Translations under genes and position numbers: made by a program
NCBI GenBank assembly: GCA_040954595.2
Contig: CM082577.2
Span: 12,371,654-12,435,653, forward strand
Source of the DNA: Balanoglossus misakiensis
Lineage: Eukaryota; Animalia; Hemichordata
DNA length: 64,000 nt
Direction of reading: 5' to 3'
The notes under the pieces: generated by a model
The model's input: the letters and a program-made list of their open reading frames with translations, nothing else
Told to the model about the DNA's origin: nothing
Database searches by the model: none
Shown: positions 1 to 12,500 of the stretch, in pieces
Position numbering within the stretch: the stretch's first letter is position 1
Layout: each line of letters begins with the position of its first letter

Positions 1-292
1 GTATTTACTTTATTAAGTTGTTTTAATTAGGCAGGAACTCCCTCCTGTGTTTCATATAAACATAGCAAATTCCTGAATGATTACATAACTGGCTAAGTTT
101 TATAGAGGCCAGCTGTTCTATTTAGTGTATGTACAGTACATATGCCATTGGCAGCTTATGGGTCAGTCAGTGTTTGCCCATTGATCTCTCTCTATGTGTG
201 TGTGTGTGTCTGTATGTGGCCATGTACTCCGGTGTAGACTTTTTCTTGTGTAATCCCTCAATGGGACCGCCGTGTCCTTGACGCAATTTTTT
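1..292 (+). mobile_element. HINE/DINE-like non-autonomous Helentron, family A, 3' part (cut by window edge)
   Basis: Matches the 3' half of 20677-21285. Ends in subTIR atgggacc, hairpin gtgtccttgacgc and a T-run. Contains (TG)n. Confidence 0.75.
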
Positions 293-420
293 ATTTGTTT
301 GTTTGTTTGCTTAGAGAAACCTACCTCAAATCACATTTCTATTTTGTGACTTCATTACTTAATATACTACATTTCAATTGTTGTGACATTGTTCTCATGC
401 TCCTCCTTCATTACTTACAG

Positions 421-519
421 GATGGAGAGACACCTTTGCACCTTGCAGCAGAGTATGGTGATGAAGGCCGTGTCAGATTGTTATTGGAACACAAAGCTGA
501 TGCTAACATACAAAACAAG
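421..519 (+). CDS. ANK exon 1 (array type X)
   Basis: ttacag|DGETPLHLAAEYGDEGRVRLLLEHKADANIQNK|gtaaat, 99 nt. Confidence 0.93.
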
Positions 520-3500
520 GTAAATACCAACCTGACTTCTACAGGTTAATTCTAATCAACATACAAACATTTGTTGGTGTGTTTTTGTTTATTTAAGGAA
601 ACCTCGCATTACATTTCATTTTTGTGACATTGTTCTCATGCTCCTCCTTCATTACTTACAGGATGGAGACACACCCTTCCATATTGCAGCAAGGTCTGGC
701 AATAAAGGCTGTGTCAGATTGTTATTGGAACACAAAGCTGATGCTAACATACAAAACAAGGTAAATACCAACCTGACTTCTACAGGTTAATTCTAATCAA
801 CATACAAACATTTGTTGGTGTGTTTTTGTTTATTTAAGGAAACCTCGCATTACATTTCATTTTTGTGACATTGTTCTCATGCTCCTCCTTCATTACTTAC
901 AGGATGGAGACACACCCTTCCATATTGCAGCAAGGTCTGGCAATAAAGGCTGTGTCAGATTGTTATTGGAATACAAAGCTGATACTAACATACAAAACAA
1001 GGTAAATACCAACCTGACTTCTACAGGTTAATGATATAAATGTGGAAAGATTTATGTATTTACATGTATTTGTTTGTTTAAAAAAACCTCGCAGTTCAAT
1101 TGTCATTTTGTGACATTGTTCTCATGCTCCTCCTTCATTGCGTACAGGATGGAGAGACACCTTTGCACCTTGCAGCAGAGTATGGTGATGAAGGCCGTGT
1201 CAGATTGTTATTGGAACACAAAGCTGATGCTAACATACAAAACAAGGTAAATACCAACCTGACTTCTACAGGTTAATTCTAATCAACATACAAACATTTG
1301 TTGGTGTGTTTTTGTTTATTTAAGGAAACCTCGCATTACATTTCATTTTTGTGACATTGTTCTCATGCTCCTCCTTCATTACTTACAGGATGGAGACACA
1401 CCTTTACACAAGGTAGCAAGGTCTGGCAGTAAAGGCTGTGTCAGATTGTTATTGGAACACAAAGCTGATACTGACATACAAAACAAAGTAAATACCAACC
1501 TGACTTCTACAGGTTAATGCTATCAATGTGGAAAGATTAATTCATATATAAAAATTTTATCTCCAGAAAAGCAATATTACCAGTACATAATTCTTTGTAA
1601 TGAGGGAGAGATCCCTACTGAGATTTGTACACACAGCATGCATGATTACATAACCGGCTAACTTTAAAAGAGACCAGCTGTTCTATTTTTTGTATGTACA
1701 GTACACATGCCATTGGCAGCTTATGGGTCAGTCAGTGTTTGCCCGTTGATCTCTCCATGTGTGTGTGTGTGTGTGTGTGCATGTGTATGTCTGTCTGTAT
1801 ATGTACTACTGTGTAGACTTTTTCTTGTGTAATCCCTAAATGGGACCACAGTGTCCTTGACACGATTTTTGTGACATTGGAGAAAAAAATCTCCTTCTCC
1901 TCCTTCATTACTTAGGGTGGAGACACACCCTTCCATATTGCAGCAAGGTCTGGCAATAAAGGCTGTGTCATATTGTTATTGGAACACAAAGCTGATACTA
2001 ACATACAAAACAAGGTAAATACCAACCTGACTTCTACAGGTTAATGATATCAATGTGGAAAGATTTATTTATTTACATGTATTTGTTTGTTTAAAGAAAC
2101 CTCGCAGTTCATGTAATTTTGTGACATTGTTCTCATGCTCCTCCTTCATTACGTACAGGATGGAGAGACACCTTTGCACCTTGCAGCAGAGTATGGTGAT
2201 GAAGGCCGTGTCAGATTGTTATTGGAACACAAAGCTGATGCTAACATTCAAAACAAGGTAAATACCAACCTGACTTCTACAGGTTAATTCTAATCAACAT
2301 ACAAACGTTTGTGATTTTTTAAGGAGGCCTCACAGTAGATTTCAATTTTATGGCATTGTTCTCATGCTCCTCCTTCATTACTTACAGGGTGGAGACACAC
2401 CTTTACACAAGGTAGCAAGGTCTGGCAGTAAAGGCTGTGTCAGATTGTTATTGGAACACAAAGCTGATACTAACATACAAAACAAGGTAAATACCAACCT
2501 GACTTCTACAGGTTAATGCTATCAATGTGAAAAGATTTATTCATTTATTTGTTTGTTTGTTTTATTGTTTGTTTATTTAAGGAGCTCACAGTACACTTCA
2601 ACTTTTTAGGGGCCCAAGTCTACCGGGCTTGGGCACCTATATGAATTGTTAGAATTTTTAGAGGCCCAAACCCCCTTTTCTTCTTTATTCGTCTGACCTG
2701 TTTTTTTGGCCACGTAGACACGTAGATCCCGACGCATTGCCCTCCGCTACACGCCGGGCAATACCGGGCGCTAATGTCCTTGAGCACACTTTGCGGTATT
2801 TTTGTAATAACCTCATAACATTTAACAGAAATGTTCAATATTTATCAGCAAAAATAGCTCATACATATATCCAATGTCATAAATATTTTAAATTGACAAA
2901 TATTAATTATATTAAATTGACAGACTGGTATGACTGTACTGCATGAAGCTGCAGCCAATAATTTTCCTAAAGCAGTGAATATCCTGATAGAAGCTGGGGC
3001 AGATAAAGACAAAACAGATCAGGTATATTTCATCTCATCTTTCTCAGTATAGGGCTTTTAGTATGTATCGAGTATAGTATGTGTTGACTATTAGAAAAAA
3101 TAGTGCATTAGTTGATATATGATCATTTTCCCACATACTCATTAATTGCAAGGTTGGTGACACAGCTCTGCACTATGCTGTAAAGAATGGACATCACCAG
3201 GTTGTCAAAGTGTTAATAAACAAAGATGTCAACCTAAACTTAGACAATGAGGTAAGTGTTGATCATATTTCTCTATTACCTCCCAATTGGTTTTTCTTTT
3301 TATTCATACTCCAATTTGTTATGCCGTTGGTAATGGAATATGGTTACATTTTGGAAAGCAGATAAATTTAACAGCAATTCATTTAAAAACTGGTGGCAGT
3401 TGAAATTTTCAATCCAATATTTCTTTACTTCTAGGATGGTGAGACTGCACTCTATTCTGCTCTTAAACTTCGGGACATTGAGTCTGCCAAACATTTGCTT

Positions 3501-6500
3501 AATGCAAATGCCCGTCTGCACAAGAATGCGGTAAGCTGAATTTTAATAGCAACAGTTCATTCATATTATATATATATTTTATCAGTAAGTAATATTTTTA
3601 AAGGGACATTAACTGAACATTTGGCTTTATTTTCAGTATTTTTGTTCTGTGTACCAAATGTAATTTCTTGTTTTACTCAAAACAACATGCTAATTACCCA
3701 CAGTACTCTGCTTGTCAACATAGCCATTGTAATTAATGAATTCTTGTCCGAACTTGAATGCAAATATTTCACAATCACATTGCTGATTATATACATAGTA
3801 TGCGTTTAACCAGAAACTTTCAATATTTATCAGCAAATTAGCTCATTAATAAATCCAATTTCAAAAATATTTTAAGTTGACAAATAGTAATTATATTAAA
3901 TTGGCAGACAATGCACTATTTCCGTTTTCTAAATTTTCAATTTACCAAAAATCTCTTTATACTAATGAGAGGGGGGGGGGAGCTGATAGTATCAATCTTT
4001 TGCCTAGGAATGCATGAAATTGTGCCACTGGTTTTCGCGGCAACTTCTTACCATGGATCATACAATCATTATTTTTAGAGAGGGCCGAGGAGATGGGAGG
4101 GTGAACATGCGTACTTGAATTAGCATGCATAACATTGAGACCTAACCCCTACTTTAACCTAACCCGTTAGTTTTTTCCCTACCCTCGTCTGTATTTTTGT
4201 AACTTTTTTTATTTTACGATATGCGTGATCGGTCCCTCTTTGTTCAAGTAAACATGGTCACCCGCCACAGTCCCCGACCTTCCCTCCAAAGTAAAGATTT
4301 CATATTCTAAGTGGTATCTTGAACCTGCTAAAGTTTTATGCGATTTTTGTTCAATGTCGCAAACTTGTACGCTGTCATGTTCACCCTCCCATCTCCTCCT
4401 CAAGGATTTTTGTTACTTACAAGTTGTTTGTATAATCGTTACATTATGCATGGTATGGATGGATGGATGGATGGATGGATGTATGTCCGTCCACATCAAA
4501 AACTTGAAAACCACTGCGTGTATCACCTTGAAATTTGGTGTGCAGATGCAGGCTGGGCTGTAGATGGGAGTTTGTTCAAATGAAGTTGTCATTGCCAAAA
4601 ATATGCAAATTAGCTGGAAAAATGTGAATTTGGTCAAAACTTGGTAACCCAAGAACTACTGGTCAGATTGCTTTGCAGAGTGGTGTGTATTTACTTAAGG
4701 TGGCATTGCATGAAACCGTCGAGACTTTTTCAGAGGCCTATTTCTCAAAGACAACTTTAAAACCCCCATAAACCATATATATTCTGGAAGCTGATCATGA
4801 GTTTTTGAACTTTTGTTTGAGTTGAATATATTATTGATCCCCGGAAATGGTGGCATTTTTGGGTTAAAAAAACCATTTTTAGGTCCCATTGGTATGTACC
4901 ATGGGACCTTATGGGATCGGTAGCGTCTGTATGTTTGTATGGATGTATGGATGTATGTCTGTATGTCCGTCCACATCAAAAACTTGAAAACCGCTGTGCG
5001 TATGACCTCGATATTTGGTGTGTAGATGCAGCCAGGGCTGTAGATGGGAGTTTGTTCAAATGAAGTTGTCATTGCCAAAAATATGCAAATTAGCTGGGAA
5101 AATTTGAAATTGGTCAAAACTCAAAAACTCGACAACCACTGGTCAGATTGATTTGAAAATTGGCTTGTATGTATCTTATGTCTACCTCAAACAGTCCTGT
5201 ATGTTTTGAGCTGATATTATCGATTTCCTATTTTTTATGCATTTTTTTTTATTTTTCCATGTTATTGGTAGAAAGTCTTCATTTCTGAAAGTGATGGGTT
5301 TACTTCTTTGAAATTTAGTATGAAGCTTCCTAATGGTTGTCTGAGTAACCATAGTTTTGTTCAAATTGTTGCAAAATTTGCATATTTATAATTTTGAGCG
5401 ATATTGGTCAAAATTATTTTCTTTAAAAAAGCATGCCAGATTGCTTTGCAATTTGGTAGGCATGTTCGTAGGGTAACCTAAGTAATATGTTGTAAAAAAA
5501 TGTGATATTTGCATAAATGTGTCATCGGGGAAACTTTTGCAATTTTGTCAAAACTTGTTTTCTCTGAAACCACTTGTCAAGCTTTGGCAGCAGGTTCCTT
5601 GTAGTGATCGAAGTAAGATATTGTACAATTTTGGTGAATATTTGCATATTTGTGTTTTTGCCAATTTTGAACAAATATTTTCTGTGAAACTGCTTGTTAG
5701 ATTGCTTTGAAATTTGTTTTTTCTCTGATTGCTTTGAAATTTAGGATATAATTTCATAACACATACATGTATATGTGCAACTTTTAGTCTATTCTGATAT
5801 CAGAAATATTCAATATTTAGCAAGTTTTTTTGTAAGTTTCTTTGTTTTTTGTTAGCAAATCTTCTCCTAAACCAATTGTCCAGTTGTTTTTAAAGTTACT
5901 ATTTACAAGGAGTTGTTACCCCGAACTAAGACATGTTTACATAACTTTAATAGGCCAGCTGTTACAGAGACCACCAGCTATTAAATTTTTAATTACCAGT
6001 GGCAGGTCAGTGTGTGTGTGTGTGTGTCTGTCTGTATGTCTGTTCCAGGGCTGACTGAAAGAAGTTGCTTCTCATATGTGTTTGTACAGACAATTGTTGG
6101 TCAATTTTTTTTCCAGCACCACTTGTAAGACTGCCATGACACATGAGTTTATTGGGCATGTTCCTTGTTAATTTTTTTACATTCCATATTTCTGTATCGT
6201 AAGATCATATCTGCTTGCAATGTCACCTGTAATTTTTATTCTTGTGTGTCACTGTTTCCGCATAATCCTCAAATGGGACCACAGTGTCCTTGACGCTATT
6301 TTTTGATATTATGTCATTAAATTTAAATTAGATAAAAAAGTTGACCATGCATCATGCATCTTAATATGTCATTCGAAACTAGAGTACACGTGCAAAAAGA
6401 CGGTAATTTTGTTTTGCGTTATCTGCTTCCATTGAGTAACAGCGTTTGAATGAGTTCTTTGTAATTAGGTCCAGACCCCCTCCTGTGATGTATATACACA

Positions 6501-9500
6501 GCAAATTCCTGCATGATTACATAACTTTTAAGAGACCAGCTGTTCTATTTAGTGTATGTACAGTACCTATGCCATTGGCAGCTTATTGGTGAAGTCAGTG
6601 TTTGCCCATTGATCTCTCTCTATCTGTGTGTGTGTGTGTGTGTGTGTCTGTCTGTCTGTATATGGCCATGTACTCCGGTGTAGACTTTTTCTTGTGGAAT
6701 TCCTCAATGGGACCACCGTGTCCTTGACGCGATTTTTGCTATTAGTGGTAACAATCATCCAAAGCCATTTCTCTCATTCTTTTTAGATATTAATTACCAT
6801 GCACATTTCTTCAAATTGTGACGATGTTCCACGTTAGATATTTTTGAGCAAATACATTTGCCTAAAGACAGGAATGAAAATTTAGCATTGACAGACTTGT
6901 TCAAAATGTGATATTATAATTCACGATTTAGGTGTATTCATATTGCTTTGTTAGTGTTCTCATGGGGTGGGTCAGTACTGGTCATTAAGAAGATTATGAC
7001 AGAACTTCATGACCTCTGCAGGCAATCTGTGCCGTACAGAAGTTATTTTCATGAGTGATGCGGTGTATTCTGCCACTGTATTTGTAGCGAGCGAAAATAC
7101 GGCAGAATACTCCGCATCACTAGTGAAAATAACTTCTGTACGGCACAGATCGCATGCAGAGGTCATGAAATTCTGTTATTATTGCATATGTTTTCGCAGA
7201 TTTCGATCGCGGCGTATTGATTTTCATTACAGTGATGCGCCACTGGCTATGCAACCCAGAGATGGCCACTCATTGGACAAAATGATGCAACCTTTGTTAT
7301 GCAAAGTAGGGTCAAGTCGGGTCTTTTCATCGGTGATTCAGCTGAGGTCGCGCGATCGCAGCAGTAAATTTTGAAAATCCTGGCGATAACGAGAGTTTTT
7401 TCGCAATTTTTGAGATTCCAAAACATACTGACAATCAAATGGTCTGTTACTCTGACAATAGTTGGGAAGGATAGTAAAAGAGCGTGCATGAAAGTTGAAA
7501 AATGTCCACGTTTCGGCGATCATGTTTGGTCATTTATCATTGGTTTACCTGAGGTCGCGTGATCGCGGCAATAAATTTTGAAACACTGGTGATAGCGAGA
7601 GATTTTTGTAATTTTTTTTTTGTCGACGTTCCCAAACATACTGACTACTAAATGTTTTATTATTCTGACAAAAGGTGGGAAGGATTATAAAATGACGTGC
7701 AAGAATGTTTTAAAATCCCCGCGTTTCCGCGATCAAAAGTTAGCTCTAGCGTTCTTGTCGTTCGATATTTACAAGCAGAACGCAGTCCCACTTGCTTGCT
7801 CATTTGCATAAATAGTCATTAAATACCGACAAAAATTATTTAATGGACATGTGACTTATTTGCATAGTTATTTCATGGCTTTTAATAATCTCAATTCACT
7901 CTATATGTAAGGTTTGACATGTTAAACGTGGGGTTTGACATAAATATCAAGAACAAAACTAACAAGTGTAAAATAGAACTTGCTTGTCAATAGTGTATTC
8001 AACAAATGATCCGAAAAATTGAATTTTAAAGGGACTATTTTTCTTCATTCTCACAGTAATGAGAGGCAATACCAAAGTTATGTAGTAGTGAACCACAGAA
8101 TAATCTGCAGTACATATGCAATAATATAATAGAATATAATGCCTTTCCGCTGATATCCTTATTTGGACAGAGTATCACCTAAGGTGTGAATGCCTCAGTA
8201 AACATTTTGACCACCTTCAAAGAACACCTATAAACATGCATCCAGCACTTGTTTTAAGAAAAAATTAATAATGTTTAACTGCAGGCAGTATAGAAATATG
8301 TTTGAGGTGCACAAGTTCGTCCGGCAGAAATCCCTTGTGATAATTTAAAAACAGATGGCCCACGCAAGGTTCACTTTTAGAAGATTAAACAGACAAACAC
8401 CTCTGCTAACAGATTCCGATGAAATAGTATGTTGTATTTAGAAGACAGTCAACAGAAAGAATTGTTTATTTATGATAATATGCACATATCGTTTATTCAA
8501 CAGGACATTGCCATTTAATAAATAATGCAAACAGCACCAGACAATTACTGAAATTTAAGTTGCTTACACTTTCATATTTCGCTAAAGATTTTAAATTTAG
8601 AAAAATAATCATTTTATATCAAATTTACTGTTGTAGCCTGGTTCCTCGAACATTGCGCAACTATTTTGGGCTGTGAAAGAACATGATGAAGAAATGGTAG
8701 AAGGCCTTGTGAAAGCTGGGGTTAAAATAGATGACCATTTGGAGGTAAAGAGATATTTTTAAATATCAAAACGTTTTGAGTGTAAATAGTTTTTGAGTGG
8801 ATAAACTTTTTGATATACCGGTAATATGTTATATTATCCTTCTACCACACTATGAAGGAAAACAAATTTGCAACGGTGTTGACTTCATTGACTGACAGAA
8901 TGATTTTACATTGTGATCTTTGGATATTTTGATGCATTCCTGTGCCACAAATGAATATTTATTTGAACTCTAACATGTACTCAACCTTATTAATTACTGT
9001 AAAACAAATTATGTTCTGCATTTTTTTCAGGATGGTCTTTCCGCACTTCATGCGTGTGCACAAAATGGTGATGCAGAGGCTGTTACCATACTTCTGAAGA
9101 AACGTGCCAATGTCACAAAAGATTCAAAGGTAACTAGTCATAGTGCGTCTTATAAGTTGTTGACAATCTAGAACGTGACTCACTCTCTTAAAAGCAGTGC
9201 ACATTCACTGCAAAAACAATATGTCAAGCACAAGTGGTTCCTATGGTAACCAGCGAATGCCAAGGCTGTATCTGTTGTGGATACAAAGATACAGGAAAGT
9301 AGGTCAAAGGTCACCCAAGGTCACCCAAAATTTGGGCATAAAATTTAGACCCAATAGTGGGCCATGTCCAACAAAAACCAGACCTCTAGCCCCATTGTTT
9401 AGCCTGGAATTAGATATGCAGAACAATGATGTATCAGAAATAGGTCAAAGGTCATTGCCAAAGTTACAAAAATATTTGTGTCAACTCCTGGCAGCAGTGT

Positions 9501-12500
9501 TACCCATGTCCACAGAATTCATGACTGGTGCTGTTACAAGAGGAGGTACAAGGCATATGTATATATAATTAGTTGTTTTAAAACTGGGTCAAAGGTCATG
9601 TGAAAATTGCCCCGAAAAATTGTGACTCATATCCACGAAAAGAATTTCCGTGCTGTCAACATTTTGGCTACAAAACGGAATTTTCATTTTTCAATGGTTT
9701 TCAGAAAATCCAATATGGCCGCCATAATGATCGACCAATCACAGTGCGCTTCGCAAACTTGATAGACATAGGTTAGGTGACCACATACCCCGAATCCCGT
9801 GACTCAGTAATCGCTGGTTCTGGAGAAGAAGATTTGTAAAATTTTAAGTAGTTTTTCAGAAAAAAAATTTGCAGCAAAGAAAATGTATGTTTGACGTCAT
9901 AATTTCAGTAGGGTAAAATGACGGACCGAAGGTAGGCTACCTGCACACCAAACTTCAGTGTTTTTGCTAAGGTCGGGGAACATAGGTAAATGGCCGGGGA
10001 ACTCAGGTAACATGTTGACCATGTACACCCCCCCCCCCCACTGCCGGCTTAAAAGCAAAGACTGAATGACTACATCCATTATAATATACATGTGTATTTT
10101 CCACATCATAATGCATATTAAGTTAACACACTCGAATATTGAAATGACAACCGACATAACTACCATGGTCCGGTAGCCCTATCTTTTGATTCATGAAAAT
10201 GGATTAAAGTTAATTTTCTTCCATCAAGTTCAATGATCAACTGTTTTTTGTGGTAAAAATGCCATTTTCCAGGGTGTTTTACGCAACAAAATTGTGCAAC
10301 TTTACTATTACTGTTACATTCATATGCACTCTAGTTTAACAAATCATTTAAAGACATTTGACTGTGATAGTACAAATTTCAATGACCTCCCCATGAAGAC
10401 CTAGTAAATCAATTTTCACCCAGAGATCTCCTGGGTTCCTAAATCATTTAGCATATTTGGCTAAAATTTAAGTGACCCCCCCCCCCCCCCCTGGATTTTG
10501 CCGCCACCCCTCGGCCGTAAAAACTGAACAGTCCCTAAAGCAATGATTTCTGTCCTGATAAAATCGACAAATTACTGATGGAAATTACTGTTATGCTGCT
10601 GAAAAAAACCCACAAAAAAACGCCTGCCTTTTTTGCTTCTTTTTGATATCACTAATTGCCCTTGAACATCGATCTCAGGGTGTCTGCCGCGGCCGTGTGT
10701 ACAAGTATTCTGCAGACGCGCGGACACATGGCATGACCTCTAACAAAAGTTGCTACATCTTTTGTCAAGTTTTAGATATTTTGTTGCGACCGGAATGCTG
10801 AGCTGCGTTAGTTGTTGCAATTTGTGCGTTACTACGTCAATGATACTATTTATAGAACGCCTATCTAAAGATAACTGGTGCGCTGAGTGAAATGGGCAAC
10901 GCGTACTGTTTCACGATCCGGTGAAATGCGAAATCGACAACGCGTGATACGTGATTTATTCTACTTTGCGTGTTCCGTGGGGAACTCCGGTAAAATGACC
11001 GGGGAACTCCGGTAACATTTACCGGGGTACCGGCCTTAACAAAAACACTGAAACTTGAAGTCGATTGGCCCTGTAGGTTTTGAGAAAGAGTCATTTAACG
11101 GTTTTCAGAAAATCCAATATGGCCGCCAGGTCACTTGACTTATTAAATATTCACGGGCCACAGTACGTCTACACATTGGCCCCTACCACCCTGCCAAGTT
11201 TCAGCCCCGTATACGTAGGTGCTGCGGTTACCCAGATCTACCTGGTCGAATTTTGGGGAATAATAATAATAATAAAGAAAAATTCCAACAATACCAATAG
11301 GGGCACAAGCCTGATAGGCTTGTGCCCCTAATAATAAGAGTGATTTCTTATACCGGGGTATAGTGCACGAATCCTCAATCATGTTCAAAATGCTATACAG
11401 TTATTACCTAATTTAATGCCATTCAACTCCCTTGGGAGCAAACAACAGGTCACATGTGTAGCCATAATGTCAGATACAATTGATACATAACAGATACATT
11501 TGCAATGTCTGTCCTACCACAGTACCAGGTACCCATTACTCCTGGGTAGGGAGAAGTAATAAGAAGTATTGGTGCCTGTAGTCTGTGGGCTGGAGGGGCC
11601 CACCGTGCACCCCCCCCCCCCCCATAAACCTACCACTTGGGTATTTTTATGTTCTTTAGAACGTGCTGAAAAAGAAAAAAGATGTTATTAGGCCAGGAAG
11701 AAAAAATAAATTGTTAATCGAATCAATATTCTACTTCCGTGTTACAAAATTCTTAGTACTGCCGCTGGTGGCCAAAATGTGCAAACACCAACTGTAAAGT
11801 TAATTGCCTATGTTATTGTTGGGAAATATAGTATTGAATTCAGTTACAAGTACATGTATCAGTGTTTTTGTCTGAGATATTTCTGGTAAAAAGGGAAACA
11901 ATTATCTCGCCCAGTCTGCATCTGTACAAATATGCCAGAGAACCGCATTTACCTTCAGCCTAAAAAAATAAATAAATAAAAATATTCGCTCGCCGCTCCT
12001 GGAACTTGGTCCAAAAAATCCGATGAACAAGATTTTTTAGGTCCCATTGGTATGTACCATGGGACCTTATGGGATCGGTTGCGTCTGTATGTATGTATGT
12101 ATGTATGTATGTATGTATGTATGTATGGATGTATGTCTGAATGTCTGTCCACATCAAAAACTTGAAAACCACTGCGCGTATGACCTTGATATTTGGTGTG
12201 TAGATGAAGGCAGGGCTATAGATGGGAGTTTGTTCAAATGAAGTTGTCATTGCCAAAAAAATGCAAATTAGCTGGGAAAATGTGAAATAGGTCAAAACTC
12301 AAAAACTCAACAACCACTGGTCATATTGATTTGAAAATTGGTATGCATGTACCTTATGTCAACCTCATACAGTCCTGTATTTTTTGAGCTAATATTATTG
12401 ATTTCCTATTTTTTATGCATTTTTTTGTATTTAGGGGCACAAGCCTATCGGGCTTGTGCCCCTATTAGTCCATGGGCCAGAGACCGAAACCCTCCCCCCC

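Larger units (their letters stand above)
370..2600 (+). repeat. Tandem array of 8 exon+intron units, period about 241 bp
   Basis: Introns of 142, 142, 146, 142, 428 (with HINE insert), 144 and 130 nt. The post-donor string gtaaataccaacctgacttctacaggttaat is identical after all 8 exons. Confidence 0.97.

Noticed and set aside
295-549. ORF-track ORFs overlapping ANK exons as single-exon genes (also 22135, 25345, 26684, 35815, 48985, 49625, 52978, 60171)
   Set aside because: Only the exon-sized part is ankyrin-like; the flanks are intron read-through.
421-2486. Dscam-style mutually exclusive exon cluster
   Set aside because: No docking/selector complementarity seen, several exons are exact duplicates, and ankyrin repeats fold in tandem, so serial inclusion is the simpler reading. 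Not excluded without cDNA.
370-2600. Regular repeat/variable alternation resembling a CRISPR array
   Set aside because: The period is about 241 bp, the variable parts are spliced ankyrin exons with AG/GT ends, the context is eukaryotic and no cas genes are present.
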